This document shows positions 24,382 to 36,840 of a stretch of DNA of 64,000 nucleotides, in pieces (position 1 is the stretch's first letter; the number at the start of each line of letters is the position of its first letter). Source of the DNA: Eledone cirrhosa (taxonomy: Eukaryota). The position numbers and the translations under genes are program-made. The stretch is taken from the NCBI GenBank assembly GCA_964016885.1, contig OZ024741.1, positions 158,906,001 through 158,970,000 on the forward strand, in the 5' to 3' direction. The notes under the pieces are model-generated. The model ran no database searches, was not told where the DNA came from, and saw only the letters and a program-made list of their open reading frames with translations.

Positions 24382-24616
24382 TTAACCCCTTTAGCATTTA
24401 AATCGGCTGTATCCGGCAAGAATTCTCTCACCTTTTTCTGTTCAAACCTAGCTGTAACTGGCCACTCATACCAATGTTAAGGTATTGTTCTCAATATAAA
24501 TAACATCAAAATCTCATAGATTCGATATTATGTGAGATACTTATGTGAGGTCAAGACTTTACAGTGAAAATACAATAGTAAATATAGAGTAATGTTAATA
24601 AATGCTAAAGGGTTAA
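24382..24616. mobile_element. piggyBac-type MITE (TTAA-CCCTTTAGCATT...AATGCTAAAGGG-TTAA), inserted into a decayed ~24-bp tandem repeat
   Basis: TTAA on both sides and terminal inverted repeats. Related copies in opposite orientation at 32720-32935 and 52464-52679. The actgaccttaa repeat continues on both flanks. Confidence 0.85.
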
Positions 24617-24861
24617 TGGCATAGCTTCTGACTTTAGTGTCAGAGTCACTGAGATTAACATCAGAGCTACTGTGTCCCTAAGGGGGTGGGGAAAAATGAT
24701 AAATAAAAAAGAAGACAAAGGAATAAAAGAGAATGGTGAAAACTAAAAACAAAACAAAAATAAAATGGAAAGAAAGAAAAGAATAAGACATGAAAAGAAA
24801 GTTTGTTCCAAAATTATTTCTGACCAAGACATAATCCAAATCTGAAAACCAAAATTCTTAC

Positions 24862-24949
24862 CTTCCCTCCATAGATTCTGAGAATCTCCCCATTCTGGTC
24901 AGATCTTCTTGTGATCTACTTCCATATCGAGAATGACTCAATCGGTGAA
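24862..24949 (-). CDS. MCF2L: RhoGEF exon C-terminal to the PH domain: (V)HRLSHSRYGSRSQEDLTRMGRFSESMEG
   Basis: ctatacag| acceptor and |gtaaga donor; 88 nt, open in the phase-1 frame left by exon 28227-28149. Not in the ORF track; no conserved motif to confirm it. Confidence 0.75.
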
Positions 24950-25254
24950 CTGTATAGTGAGGAAAATATTATCAGTGCAACACTTCAACACCTCACTTCT
25001 GGCAGCCACAGTCATTTTTTTTTTCTTTCATTTAGGTGGGAGTGGAGCAGGGACTGGATTGGGGACAGGGAAGTAGATGAGGGTATTGGATGGGGGCTGC
25101 AGATATTTCCTTTCTTTCTTATCCCCTTTTCTATATATGGACTGGAAAATGCCACCAAGTTTATTGACAGTGTAAGCAGAACACTCTCCGTAGGTGCTGT
25201 ACCAAGCCTCACTGAAATTCCTGAAGGTATGTTCTATTGTAGGATGCACTCATT

Positions 25255-25830
25255 CAATAATATTGATGATGATGGTGATGATAATGTCGAAAAATGATGT
25301 TAAAATTAATTATTCCTCATAAGTCTTCAGATTTTTTTCTTCTAAGTTGAGTGCTACTACTTCATCATCAATATCATCGTCATCATTTTTATGATTGTTA
25401 TTATCATCATCACCATCATTCTCACTGTTTTTATCAGCAATGTCATCATCATTATCCCAATTTCTGTCAATGTCATCATATACATCATTGTTATCATCAT
25501 CATCACATACATCATTGTTACCATCATCATTGTCATCATCTTCGTTATCTTCATCAGTGTCATCATCATTATCATCATTATTGTCATCATCATCATTATC
25601 ATCATTATTGTCATCATCATCATTATCATCATTGAGATCATCATCGCTGTCATTATCATCAACATTGTCATCATTGTTTTCATTATCATTGTCATCACCA
25701 TTGTTATCATCACTGTTGTCATCTTCATCCTTATTGTCATCATCATCAACATTATCATTGTTATCACCATTATTGTCATCATCATCATCATCATCATTAT
25801 CACCATTGTTATCATCATCATCATTATTTG
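25255..25830 (+). repeat. Degenerate (CAT/TAT)n trinucleotide array
   Basis: Seen directly; source of the poly-Asp/Ile/Ser ORFs. Confidence 0.95.
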
Positions 25831-26809
25831 TCCCTCTCTCTCTCCTCCTCAACTTCAACCTACCCATCTGCCCCTTATATAGTCAACTCACCCTCTGGCT
25901 GTATTAGACAATCCATCTTTGATATCCTGCAGGAGTAGGATGTACCAGTAGAGTGTCCAGAAATGTTTCACCCTCCTACCCATGGCCTGTATGTTGAGGT
26001 GTTAGGGGTCAACAACATCCTGTGTCATTCTTTCAGGGAAATCCTGGGAGTCCGTTCTGTTGAATCAATAAATCCTTATGTGTTTGTGTTGAATCTGTTA
26101 TTTCTGATGATCAGTTCTCCAGTTGATTCAATCTATGGTGCTGTTTGCTTGTGAAATTAATGTGTAAGTGGCTGAGCGTTCCACAAATGTGCAACCTTAG
26201 TGAAATTCAGCGTGATACAATGTGCAACAAGCCTGGTCCCTTGAATTTCAAGTATAATGGACTGGAGCAACATGAAATAAAGAGTCTTGCTCAAGGAAAC
26301 AATGTGTCACGTGGTCTAGGAATAAAGCTCACAACCTTATGATCATAAGCTGAACACCCTAACCACTAAGCTACATGCCTTTGCACAAATCCCTATATAA
26401 TGAATCAGGTAAATAAATAGAGGATGCTTTGAGGCTAAATAGAAATAGCAGTGTACATTAGCAGGGTACATCAGCAGGATACATCAAATGGGTACATCAA
26501 AAGGGTACATAAACAGGGAAAATATAAGTGCCAGGTATAAAATAAAATTACAGTGAAATTAATATTTAAGGTGTAAAACTCTTTGGACATTGAAGATAAT
26601 ATTTTCACTTCTAGTTGATATTTGGTATTGTTTTCTATTGTTATCATGATTATTTATTACATTTACTGTTACTGTTATTCCTACTGTTTTCCTTTTGCTG
26701 ATGTCCCCTTTCCTTCACTCAATATAAACCCCAGTAAACCCCAACCTATGTTGTTTTTGTCATTGTATTATCCCCGATGCCTTGGGCTGTTGTGGCCAAT
26801 AAAAGAATC

Positions 26810-27870
26810 TTACTCTTCTCTTCTTCTTTGTCCACTTATTCCTGAGAGTGTCACGGGGCAGAGTCTTCAGACACACTTTCCAGAGGGTCTTATCAAAAGC
26901 AACAGTCTCGAAATGATCTGGTCAGATCCTTAAGCAAAATAAACCGAGTTTATAGATGTTATCCAATTATCATGTTTGTGGTCTACCCCTAGATCTCCTG
27001 CAGGTTGGATTTGCCCATAGAATTTATCCAGTGATTCTATTCTTAGACATTCTAAACACATGCCCATAGTATAAGAACTGATATCTCTTTATACAGAGAA
27101 GTGGTGGTTCTATATTAAGTGACTCTCTGATGTCCATACTATGCACCCAATTGGCTGTGCATATCGATCCTGTTCATGAAATTATGAACAGGAGAGGTGA
27201 TAATATACACCCTCAGTGGAGTCTGACACCCACATTACATGATTACAACTTAGCATCATTTATCCAAACACAAATACTAGGAGATTCATATAGGAACTTC
27301 AAGGCAACAAAAAGTTGGCCATCATTCCTATATTCCTGCGGAATCTAATCTTTCACAAGAAATTCTATGGAATATCGTCATATGCCTTTTCAAGGTCCAT
27401 GAAACAAGCATACATCTCTTGGCAATACTCCCATGGTTTCTCGAAACCTCACACATTGACAGTCAGCTATACTATGTCTGAGGCGAAAATTACACTGTTC
27501 AACAGTTAGCTTGGAATCTACTAAATCCAGTCAAAATATCTTCTGATGTACATGAGGCACATCTTAGGGTGAAAAACTAACCTCCCCAAGACTGAAGTCA
27601 CCAGAGCAATTAAAGTGCTCAAATGTAGTAAGGCTTCTGGAAAGGATGAAATTCAGCCATAGATATTAAATATATTAAATAGAGAAGGTATGTTCTGGCT
27701 GATTCATATGTGCTGGGTGACCTGGATCTCTGAAAAGGCACCAAGGCAAAGGTAATTGAGAGTGATAATCCCAATTTTCGAACAAGGAGACAAGAGCAAT
27801 TGCTCTAATTATAAAGGAATATCCTTGTTAACCCTCTCTGATAAAGTCTATGCTAAGTGTCTGGCAAAGA
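26810..27870. mobile_element. Decayed RTE-type LINE with inverted 5' segment (3' part on minus about 27530-26810; upstream RT part on plus about 27560-27870)
   Basis: Plus: VIIPIFEQGDKSNCSNYKGISLLTLSDKVYAKCLAKR (LINE RT domain start). Minus: VDSKL..EQC.FR, DLEKAYD and GCILSPLLF remnants, plus the 3' end ctctcaggaataagtgg shared with about 48950-49215. Confidence 0.75.
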
Positions 27871-28148
27871 GATACACTCTATATTGTTATTCAAATGTCA
27901 ACTGCTTTACAGAGTGTAGCAAGCTTTTTATTTCCATCTGTCCATTCATCTATCTATCAAACTATATATATATATGTGTGTGTGTGTGTGTACTTATATA
28001 TCTAACTATCAAACTATTCTTGTCTTTACAAGTAGAAAAACATTATTCATTATCTTCAATGTTTATATTTTGTGTTTTGAGAAGCTGCAAGAAAATCCCA
28101 AAGTGACAACTACCACTGAATATCTTGCTGAAGGTGAATACTGCTTAC

Positions 28149-28227
28149 CTCTTAGCTGGTCAAACTGATTGAGGAGAACAGTTTTTATTTCTTTAACCCA
28201 TATATCTTTAACTTCTATACTTGGAGC
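28149..28227 (-). CDS. MCF2L: RhoGEF exon, PH domain C-terminal helix: APSIEVKDIWVKEIKTVLLNQFDQLR
   Basis: tttatttacag| and |gtaagc; 79 nt, phase 0 to 1; invariant PH-domain Trp. Confidence 0.95.
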
Positions 28228-28289
28228 CTGTAAATAAACACAAACAGAATATATATGTGTGTGTGTATATATATATATATATAAATCTT

Positions 28290-28600
28290 GGGTAGACAAG
28301 AGATGTAGTGGAGTGGGATGATGGGTAGACTAACAGGAAAGGAAGACTTTGTATGTAGAAGATGTACAGGAGTAACCAAAGGGACGAGCAGCAGTGATAT
28401 AAACCTCTTCAAGTCACAAGAAGGATTCATAGAAATGGTTGGTAGCTTCTACTATCTAAGTGACTTAATTAGCAGTGGAGGAATGTGCTCTGAGAGCATA
28501 GTAGCTAAAATAAGGATGGCAGAAGTTTAGAGTACTCCCACTGTCAACCACAAAAGGTTTATCCCTACATACAAAAGAGTGACTGTATGACGCCTGTGTA
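28290..28600 (+). mobile_element. RTE-type LINE fragment (Cys-rich insert and FYYLSDLISSGG region)
   Basis: Homologous to 37900-38190 and 56990-57290. Confidence 0.75.
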
Positions 28601-28733
28601 CGACAGAAGAAGAAGTATGAGGAGTAGGAGGAGGTGGAGGAGAAGAAGGAGGAGAAGAAGGAGAAGGAGAAGAGGGAGAATGTTGAATTCCTGTTTGATC
28701 AGACAATAGTAGAGTAATGTATGATTGACTCAC

Positions 28734-28826
28734 CTGGATGATATAAACCTCTTCCCTGCCTCGTAACCACAGTTCAAATTTCTTTTTATCCCCTTTTACA
28801 CTTTCTGTTAATCCCACAAGAGACAT
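28734..28826 (-). CDS. MCF2L: RhoGEF exon, PH domain: MSLVGLTESVKGDKKKFELWLRGREEVYIIQ
   Basis: ttttatctatag| and |gtgagt; 93 nt, phase 0-0; resembles vertebrate DBS VGITENVKGDAKKFEIW..REEVYIVQ (from recall). Confidence 0.96.
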
Positions 28827-30373
28827 CTATAGATAAAATAGTAATAATGGTAATAATAATTGATTCTTTATTATTGCCACAAGGGCTATGTTTAAGGAGA
28901 CATTATACACACATACGCATGTACATACATACATGTATGTATGTGTCTGTGTCTGTGTGTATGTATGTTTGTATGTATCTGTGTATGTATGTCAGGTCAC
29001 CAGTTGGTGCTACTGGTAACATGTATCCCAGTACAACCTGTCTCATGGTCAGGTTGTTGGCGACTAAACTGGCAACCCCACCAAGGTTTCTTGGTGAGGA
29101 GGGTGACTCTGGACATCCTGCAGGACTAAAAACAAAACCTGTCAAAAGGCAAAGGAGCTCTTAAGAGTCAATGGCCATCCAAAATCACTGGGAGAGATGA
29201 CCCCTTAGCCTTTGTCAATGCAGAATTCTAGAAGGAAAACTCTGATATAACACCTGCAGCCCTGATGGTATCCAATGATGTTGACTTGTTCTTCTTTTTG
29301 GTAAATATCATCTTGGTTAAGAGAGTGGGACTGGCTTTGTGCAGAGCCTTTGCTCACTGTAAAAGCTTCACGGCACAGGCATTGCTTTATATCTGGAGAT
29401 CTCTCTGCACTTGTCGTCACATGGTACCATGGGCCCAGCACTATGTGTCAATAATTGTCACAAGTGTAGTGTTTGTACCAGAGTTTTTAAGTCGCTGGCT
29501 GGACTAAAAAGTCTCACTCGTTCAGCGTATCGGTAGGGGTTCTCCTACATGGATATAAAGTAGTGGCCGTACTCGAAAACGAGTTGGCAGCCACCATGTA
29601 TGTATGTATGTATGTTTTTATAGTTTTATAAATTTTTACCAATAGAGAAAGAGTCGGTTTCTAACATAGACACAAAACTCTTTCATTGGAATTTAAACAA
29701 CATCAACTAGATATGATTCCATGTCTACATGCATGCATGTGTAGATATGGATGTTATTGTATGTGTGGATGTGGATGTTTTGAATTATATGTGTGCATGT
29801 GCAAATGTTTTGTATCTGTACATGTGTACATGCAGTTATTAGATGCAGAATTTTTGGAATGTTTTACATATTTTTACTCTTCCATTAATGGATTGTACTT
29901 GTAATTTTCTAACTAGTTATGTTCTTTCTGTGAAGCCCAGTTTCAGGTAGTTACTAACATATCCCAGTGCCCCAATAATCACAGGTATAAATCTGAAAGT
30001 ATAGTCAGGGTGGAGTATCTGCAGATTCCTCATTAGTTCTGCATAGATATTCTCCTTTTCGCTAATCTATAGATAATAGCTTAAAAACTTGCGTAAATAC
30101 CCCTGGAGATGGAAAAAAGTGGCCACTAGCACTTATGTATGTATGAATGAATGCATGTGAAATATCAAAGAAAAAACAGCACAGGAGAACAATTTAGTAC
30201 AATGATAATATATATTAGTTTAAAACTTGATATAGTTGGGAAAGAAGTCTTAATAATAACAATAAAAATAACAACAACCAACGTCAAAGAGGGGAGATAA
30301 TACATATGTATCGTAATTGCAATGTATGAGTGTGTATGTGTGTGTGGCGAAGGTTGCTAGACAGAATACTCAC

Positions 30374-30577
30374 CTTTAGCATGTTCTTGAAAATATATAC
30401 AGCATTTGAAGAACTTTGGTTATCATCCTTCCTTTTACACAGAAGCACTGCCTTTTCATATAGGAATATGTGTCGTGCCATTGGTTTGAACCGGAAATCT
30501 CGAATTTTGTTCTTATGTTCCGTCCAGACCTGGAAACTACCCTGCATCAGTAGTTTACCAAGGTCTCCAATATTTCC
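30374..30577 (-). CDS. MCF2L: RhoGEF exon, PH domain start: GNIGDLGKLLMQGSFQVWTEHKNKIRDFRFKPMARHIFLYEKAVLLCKRKDDNQSSSNAVYIFKNMLK
   Basis: ttgattcag| and |gtgagt; 204 nt, phase 0-0. GDLGKLLMQGSF.VWT and RFKPM.RH.FL.EKAVL are DBS/MCF2-type motifs. Confidence 0.97.
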
Positions 30578-30714
30578 CTGAATCAAGTATAAATAAACAT
30601 ATATCTAAATTAATGTTAGGTGGTAGTATGGGTGACATGAATAAAAATAATCACTAAGTCTACCCTGTATGGTGGTGGTGCTGATGCACTATAAAAAAAA
30701 ATATATATGTTCAA

Positions 30715-30858
30715 GGCACATGGCTTAGTGGTTAGAGCATTGGGCTTACAATCCTGAGGTTGTGAGTATGATTCTTGGACTAGGCTTTACGTTGTGTTCT
30801 TGAGCAAAAACATTTATTTCACGTTGCTCCTGTTCACTCAGCTGCAGAAATGAGTTTA
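30715..30858 (+). mobile_element. tRNA-derived SINE 5' part
   Basis: A box TGGCTTAGTGG (30721-30731) and degenerate B box; same family as 59670-59815 (-), about 26270-26385 (-) and about 39010-39300 (+). Confidence 0.8.
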
Positions 30859-32046
30859 CCCAGCAATGGGTTAAATAGCCTCACCAACTGCAATTGGCCA
30901 AGGGTGGTGAGTACGGCTACACCCAGGACATAACCAAAATCAAAACAGAAAAAGGTGGAGGTCAATTAGGGAGGGGTTCCTCCGGTAGGAGTGAAAAGGG
31001 ATTGGATTGATTAGATTGAATATATATAAATAATCAATACATATAAAATATATATCGATAATGTTTCTTATTCCAAAGCTCAATAAACTTCTGTTCAGAG
31101 TATCTATAAATTGTATAACGATGTATAATAGGTTGTACCAAATGAGAAACAGCTACTATTTTGTACATATATATAGAACAAATATGTAAATTTAAATATA
31201 TATTTAAATACATACTCCTAGGTGTTAAAGTGTGCTATATTTTCGTAGACAGATCTGTTTCTGGAAATCAAAAAATGGGATGCTAACCTTCAATCACAGA
31301 AATTAGTATCAATTACCAATTATCGATTTTGGTAAACATCTTAAGACCATCATTTCCTTCATCAGTATGCTATATATATCTTCATCAGTCTTTGCTATAT
31401 ATATCTCATGTGGCCTTAAAATAGTCATCTACCTTGGAAGAAATTTTTTAAATAATCTCCACATTACTCGTAATTTGTCTAAATTAGTTTCAGTTGTCTA
31501 AAATGGATTCGCCGAGAGCTCTTTCTAGCACTCCTTAAAGCCTGTCTTGTTTTATTTACCCTTCCATAAAACATTATTGTTACACCATGTGCATGATTTC
31601 AATATGATTAAAAAGCTCAAACAATGCATAAAAAGAAACCTTTCGTTACCATATTTCTAATGATAGACACTACCGATGATTTTCAATCAATTTTGAAAAA
31701 TAATCAAGAATTTAGTGGGATTTATTAATATAATCAACTTTCTCTGGTGGTTGAAACATACCTTAACAAAGGTTCCTACATAAAATCAGAATGGAAGATT
31801 TTCATATAAATATATCCCAAGAATAGGCACACCTGTACCATATGTGTCATAAGAAGTGACTAAAAGTGTTGGTGCCAGGATTGGCATCTGACTGTAAAAC
31901 ACTGCTTCAAAATGTCCCATGCAACCCATGCCTCCATGGAAAACTCAATGTAAAAACAAAGATGATGATGATGATAAACAGTTTAGGATTGTAGAACCAA
32001 GGGTGGTTTCAGGAAATTTGGTTGAAAAGGGTTCAGTAATACTCAC

Positions 32047-32175
32047 ATCAAAATTAACAATTGAAACTTGATGCATAATATCATTGACATATTTTAAAAC
32101 TCCTAATATTGTGTCCAAAGCATCTTGAAGCAATCCATTGCATGATGGATCATTCTCTGTATATTTCAACATTTC
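32047..32175 (-). CDS. MCF2L: RhoGEF exon, DH domain C-terminal helix: EMLKYTENDPSCNGLLQDALDTILGVLKYVNDIMHQVSIVNFD
   Basis: ctatttttcag| and |gtgagt; 129 nt, phase 0-0; conserved VND motif. Confidence 0.96.
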
Positions 32176-32416
32176 CTGAAAAATAGATGTATAAAGAACT
32201 AGTTAAATATATAAATGTATTGATAACTGAACAAACAGTAGAATAAAAATCTTCAGTTTATGAAACTATTTTTGTTTTAGCAATTTAAAACTTAAATTAT
32301 AAAAATAAATAAAAGAATAAACAACAAATATCAAGAAAAACAATAAAAACATAAAAAAGGGAGGTGGGGAAAGATGGGTTAATTGGTTAAAATGAAGAAA
32401 AATATGTAGAACTGAC

Positions 32417-32509
32417 CTTCAGAAGCAGATGGTATTTTGTAATACGTTGGACTGGCTTTAACAAGTAGGCACCCAGTGGTAGTTTATGGCCAAGACGTCT
32501 TTGACATTC
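32417..32509 (-). CDS. MCF2L: RhoGEF exon, DH conserved region 3: [31 protein letters not shown]
   Basis: ttaacttgcag| and |gtcagt; 93 nt; hallmark [15 protein letters not shown] Dbl-homology motif. Confidence 0.98.
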
Positions 32510-32719
32510 CTGCAAGTTAAAGAATGCTTCATTACTTAAAGACTGATTATAACTAAGGGCTAGATTAAGTTCTTTTGAAGCCCTAAGCAGATTATGGTGC
32601 ACCCCATTCCCACCCTTATATGAAGTTTGCAAATTTTTGTGGGGGAATGACAAATACATTTAATTTAGATGAAAGGATGCCCCTCTTCATTGATGCCTCC
32701 AAGTATGTGATTATGTTGC

Positions 32720-32935
32720 TTAACCCTTTAGCATTTACATTACTCTATATTTACTATTATATTTTCACAGTAAAGGCTTTACCTCACATAATATGGAATC
32801 TACGAGATTTTGATACTATTTATTTTGAGAAAAATACCTTAACATCAGTATGAGTGGCCGATTACAGCCGGTTTGAACCGAAAGAAGTGAGAGCTGTCTG
32901 GCTGGATACAGCCAGTTTAAATGCTAAAGGGTTAA
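32720..32935. mobile_element. piggyBac-type MITE with TTAA target duplication
   Basis: ttaaCCCTTTAGCATTTA...TAAATGCTAAAGGGttaa; body matches 52464-52679. Confidence 0.9.
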
Positions 32936-33729
32936 TGGTTAATCCAGTCCTAAACATAATCTATGGATCAGTTTTACATTTCATCCAATCAGTGTTGATA
33001 AATAAAGCATCAACTCTAGGCAGGAATTGTTAGAGCATATATAAAACGAGAAAATAACAAGAAAGTGTTGAGAGGACCTTTTAGTCATGTTGAAAATGTG
33101 ACAGCCTCTCTACAGCTGGTCAATGATAATGTTCCTCCAGTATATTCTGTAAAATACTTGGTGTTAAGAAGTGCATCCAGCTAAAGAAACTGTGCCAAAA
33201 TGGAACATATCTGAATGAGATGGGATCCCATGTCATGTCTATAAGAACAGTAGCTCTAATTAAGGATTGATCTGCTTTGTAATAAATCATCCAACCCATG
33301 CCAGCATGGAAAAACAGACATAAGATGATGATGATGATGATGATTAATTATATATATATATATATATAATTAGTGTTGGTTGATCAAGCAATTCCTTTGA
33401 TTCTCTCCTCTGACCGTTCTGACTATTCTTCCATTCATAAGAGGTTATATTTTAACCTGACCCCTAGCTATTCACAATAACAGCTAACTGTTTTACAGCT
33501 ATTTCCACATTTGAGATTCCTACAATTTTATGAAAATTTGCATCACTCCAATTCTTTTTATATTATGTTTTCATAAATCATGACTCAGTAGTTCTTTGAA
33601 ACTCAACAACAGCATAAGAAACCATGCTTCCACAAAAACAGATTTCACATTGTTTTGATGAGATATACATATCCACACTACATTAAGTTCTAACAGCACT
33701 ACAAGTCATACCTTAATTAGGTAGAATAT

Positions 33730-34215
33730 AAATTCCGACCTTACACATTTGCACTTGTCTAAGACAATGTCACTGGACTGAGATCTTTAGCGCTACGCAG
33801 TAATACAGAAGACCCGCCTTGCCTATGTACAAAGCAAAACCTACAGTCAGTAGGCACCTCTTAACCAAAAATACACCCCCATCCCACTACCCCTAGCCCC
33901 ACCCCACCACCACTTTCTCTGTAAAGTTATGTTGGTGCCACAACATCCAGTCCAAAATAAAAGAGGTTGTGTAGGTGTCACGACAAAAAAAAAACACACT
34001 GTAATGTGACTGTGTAGGTAGCACGATAAAAACCTCCCAGCCCACACTGTAAACGTGGTTGGTGTTAGGAAGGGCATCCAGCTGTAGAAAACCTGACAGA
34101 CAGTCCTATACGAGCGAGACACGGTCACCCGACCAATCTTGCCTCAAGTGGGACAATTCCCGTCTAACCCATGCTAGCGTGGAAAATAGATGTTAAACGA
34201 TGATGATGATGATGA
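33730..34215 (+). mobile_element. RTE-type LINE 3' end (subfamily A 3' UTR) with (GAT)n tail
   Basis: Near-identical to 38480-38978. Confidence 0.85.
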
Positions 34216-34343
34216 TTAGTGTGTGCATATATGTGTCTGTGTGTGTGTAATCTGTAAAAAAATAGGTTATGTACTGGTTATAATAATAACCAGTACTTAA
34301 CCTATATATCATGTACTAATTATAACAATATAAGGATTAGTAC

Positions 34344-34439
34344 CTTGAAATATGGATGGTGGTCTCCAATTTCATCAATTAGATTCTCTGATCTTGGTTT
34401 GTTTTGGCAGTAGATGCTATACATTTGAAATTCTTCACT
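34344..34439 (-). CDS. MCF2L: RhoGEF exon, DH domain: SEEFQMYSIYCQNKPRSENLIDEIGDHHPYFK
   Basis: cttattccag| and |gtacta; 96 nt, phase 0-0; YCQNKPRSE is the DBS/MCF2 motif. Translated by hand; not in the ORF track. Confidence 0.97.
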
Positions 34440-34774
34440 CTGGAATAAGCAATAAAGGAAAAAAAACAAATGAAGTAATGGCTTTCAAGGGTTAATAGTA
34501 GATTGGTGTATGGTACAAGTGTATAGTACAGGTGTATGGTACAGGTGTATGGTACAGGTGTGTAACCATGGACATTTATGCATTTTATTATTTGTGTAAA
34601 TGTATATATGTGTGTGTGTATTTATACATATAAATGTATGTGTATGTAAGCATATATATGTGAGTGCATATGTATGTGTATGTATGCATGCATAAGCATG
34701 TGTGTATGTGTCTGTGTTGCATGCAAATGTGGCTTTTGAAGATATATATATATAAAGATACACCCACATATGCA

Positions 34775-35930
34775 ACCAACCAGCCAAACTAGTCAATCAC
34801 CCCACCAACCCAATCAAACACCTACCCAACAGCCAACCAATTTACCAACCAGCCAATGAACCAACTTACTAACCAGCCAACCAACCGACTTACCAACCAG
34901 CCAACATACCTACCAATCAGCCAGCCAAGGCACCCTTCTCACCATCCAACCAACCAACTTACTAACCAGCCAACATACCTACCAATCAGCCAGCCAAGCA
35001 CCCTTCTCACCATCCAACCAACCAACTTACTAACCAGCCAACATACCTACCAATCAGCCAGCCAAGCACCCTTCTCACCATCCAACCAACCAACCAATCA
35101 ACCAGCCAACATACCTACCAATCAGCCAGCCAAGGCACCCTGCTCACCATCCAACCAACCAACTAATCAACCAGCCAACATACCTACCAATCAGCCAGCC
35201 AAGCACCGTTCTCACCATCCAACCAACCAACCAATCAACCAGCCAACATACCTACCAATCAGCCAGCCAAGGCACCCTGCTCACCAGCCAACCAACCGAC
35301 TTACCAACCAGCCAACATACCTACCAATCAGCCAGCCAAGCACCATTCTCACCATCCAACCAACCAACCAATCAACCAGCCAACATACCTACCAATCAGC
35401 CAGCCAAGGCACCCTGCTCACCATCCAACCAACCAACTTACTAACCAGCCAACATACCTACCAATCAGCCAGCCAAGCACCGTTCTCACCATCCAACCAA
35501 CCAACCAATCAGCCAGCCAACATACCTACCAATCAGCCAGCCAAGGCACCCTGCTCACCAGCCAACCAACCAACCAATCAACCAGCCAACATACCTACCA
35601 ATCAGCCAGCCAAGGCACCCTGCTCACCATCCAACCAACCAACTTACTAACCAGCCAACATACCTACCGATCAGCCAGCCAAGCACCGTTCTCACCAACC
35701 AACCAATCAACCAGCCAACATACCTACCAATCAGCCAGCCAAGGCACCCTGCTCACCATCCAACCAACCAACTTACTAACCAGCCAACATACCTACCAAT
35801 CCGCCAGCCAAGCACCCTTCTCACCATCCAACCAACCAACTAATCAACCAGCCAAGGCACCCTTCTCACCATCCAACCAAACAATAAACTAAACAATCCA
35901 CTCACCAACCAACCAGCCCAGCTAACTAGC
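34775..35930 (+). repeat. ~59/60-bp minisatellite built on CCAN tetramers (accagccaacatacctaccaatcagccagccaa(g)gcacc...ctcaccatccaaccaacc)
   Basis: Seen directly; two unit variants largely alternate. Confidence 0.95.
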
Positions 35931-36062
35931 TTTTAAAATCATTCGTTGACACAGACACACAGACACATATACAGATAGATATACACACATATACACAGAT
36001 AGACAAACAGACACACACAAATTCAGTTAATCGATCACTGAAAAGTCAATCAATCAGCTTAC

Positions 36063-36132
36063 CCTGTTTACAAAGCAAAGACCTACTTTAGCTGGTGTGT
36101 CTCTACAACTCTGTAGATCATCAAGAAATACA
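36063..36132 (-). CDS. MCF2L: RhoGEF exon, DH domain: (N)VFLDDLQSCRDTPAKVGLCFVNR
   Basis: tttgtttcag| and |gtaagc; 70 nt, phase 2 to 0; joins both neighbours in frame; FL..L..C...P..VG.CF pattern. Not in the ORF track. Confidence 0.95.
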
Positions 36133-36473
36133 CTGAAACAAATGAACAAAATAATTGAATAATAAAATTAAAAAAATACATGTTATTGATACTTCATATA
36201 TACATAAATACATGTCATGAAAATTACTGTATCTAGTCACTTGACTGTCATTAACCAACAAAATTACATTTTAAACAAATAGCAATCTGAGCCACTTTTT
36301 TTGTATGAAACAGAATGAATTTTCGGACTCCAGTCAGATGCAAGGCACACCACAACAGAAACACAAACCCTCCATCTCAATTTTACTTTTGATAATCATA
36401 AGAACTGTGAAACCGGTAAAGTAAATAAATATTCTGAAAAGACTCCAATTATATTTTCAATTTCTTTTCCTTC

Positions 36474-36840
36474 CATGACCTCTGGCGTCACGTAGTAATA
36501 CAGAAGACCCGACTTCCCACGGGAACAAGCCGAAGCCGAAGCATATAGACAATATTCCCCCATCCCCTCCCACTGCAAAGTGGTCGTGGAGGTGTCACAA
36601 CAAAAAAGCATCCAGACCACAGTGTAAAGTGGATGTGTAGGCACCATGGAAAAAAAGCACCCAGCACTCACTGTAAATGAGGTTGGTGTTAGGAAGGGCA
36701 TCCAGCTGTAGAAATCATGCCAGAATCAGTTCCCGTATGAGCAAGACAAGGTCAGCCGACCTAACATCAGCCACAACAGGACAACCTGTCTAACCCATGC
36801 TAGCATGGAAGAATCAACGTAAAACAGTGATGATGATGAT
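36474..36840 (+). mobile_element. RTE-type LINE 3' UTR (subfamily B) with (GAT)n tail
   Basis: Matches 39760-40130 and the reverse complement of 56301-56620. Confidence 0.85.

Noticed and set aside
25310-25907. Asp/Asn-rich acidic protein ORF (biomineralisation-like)
   Set aside because: Degenerate (GAT)n microsatellite inside an intron; ORFs appear in five frames because of low complexity.
34856-35650. 264-aa Pro/Gln/Thr ORF
   Set aside because: Translation of the 59/60-bp minisatellite that cycles through frames; intronic and antisense.
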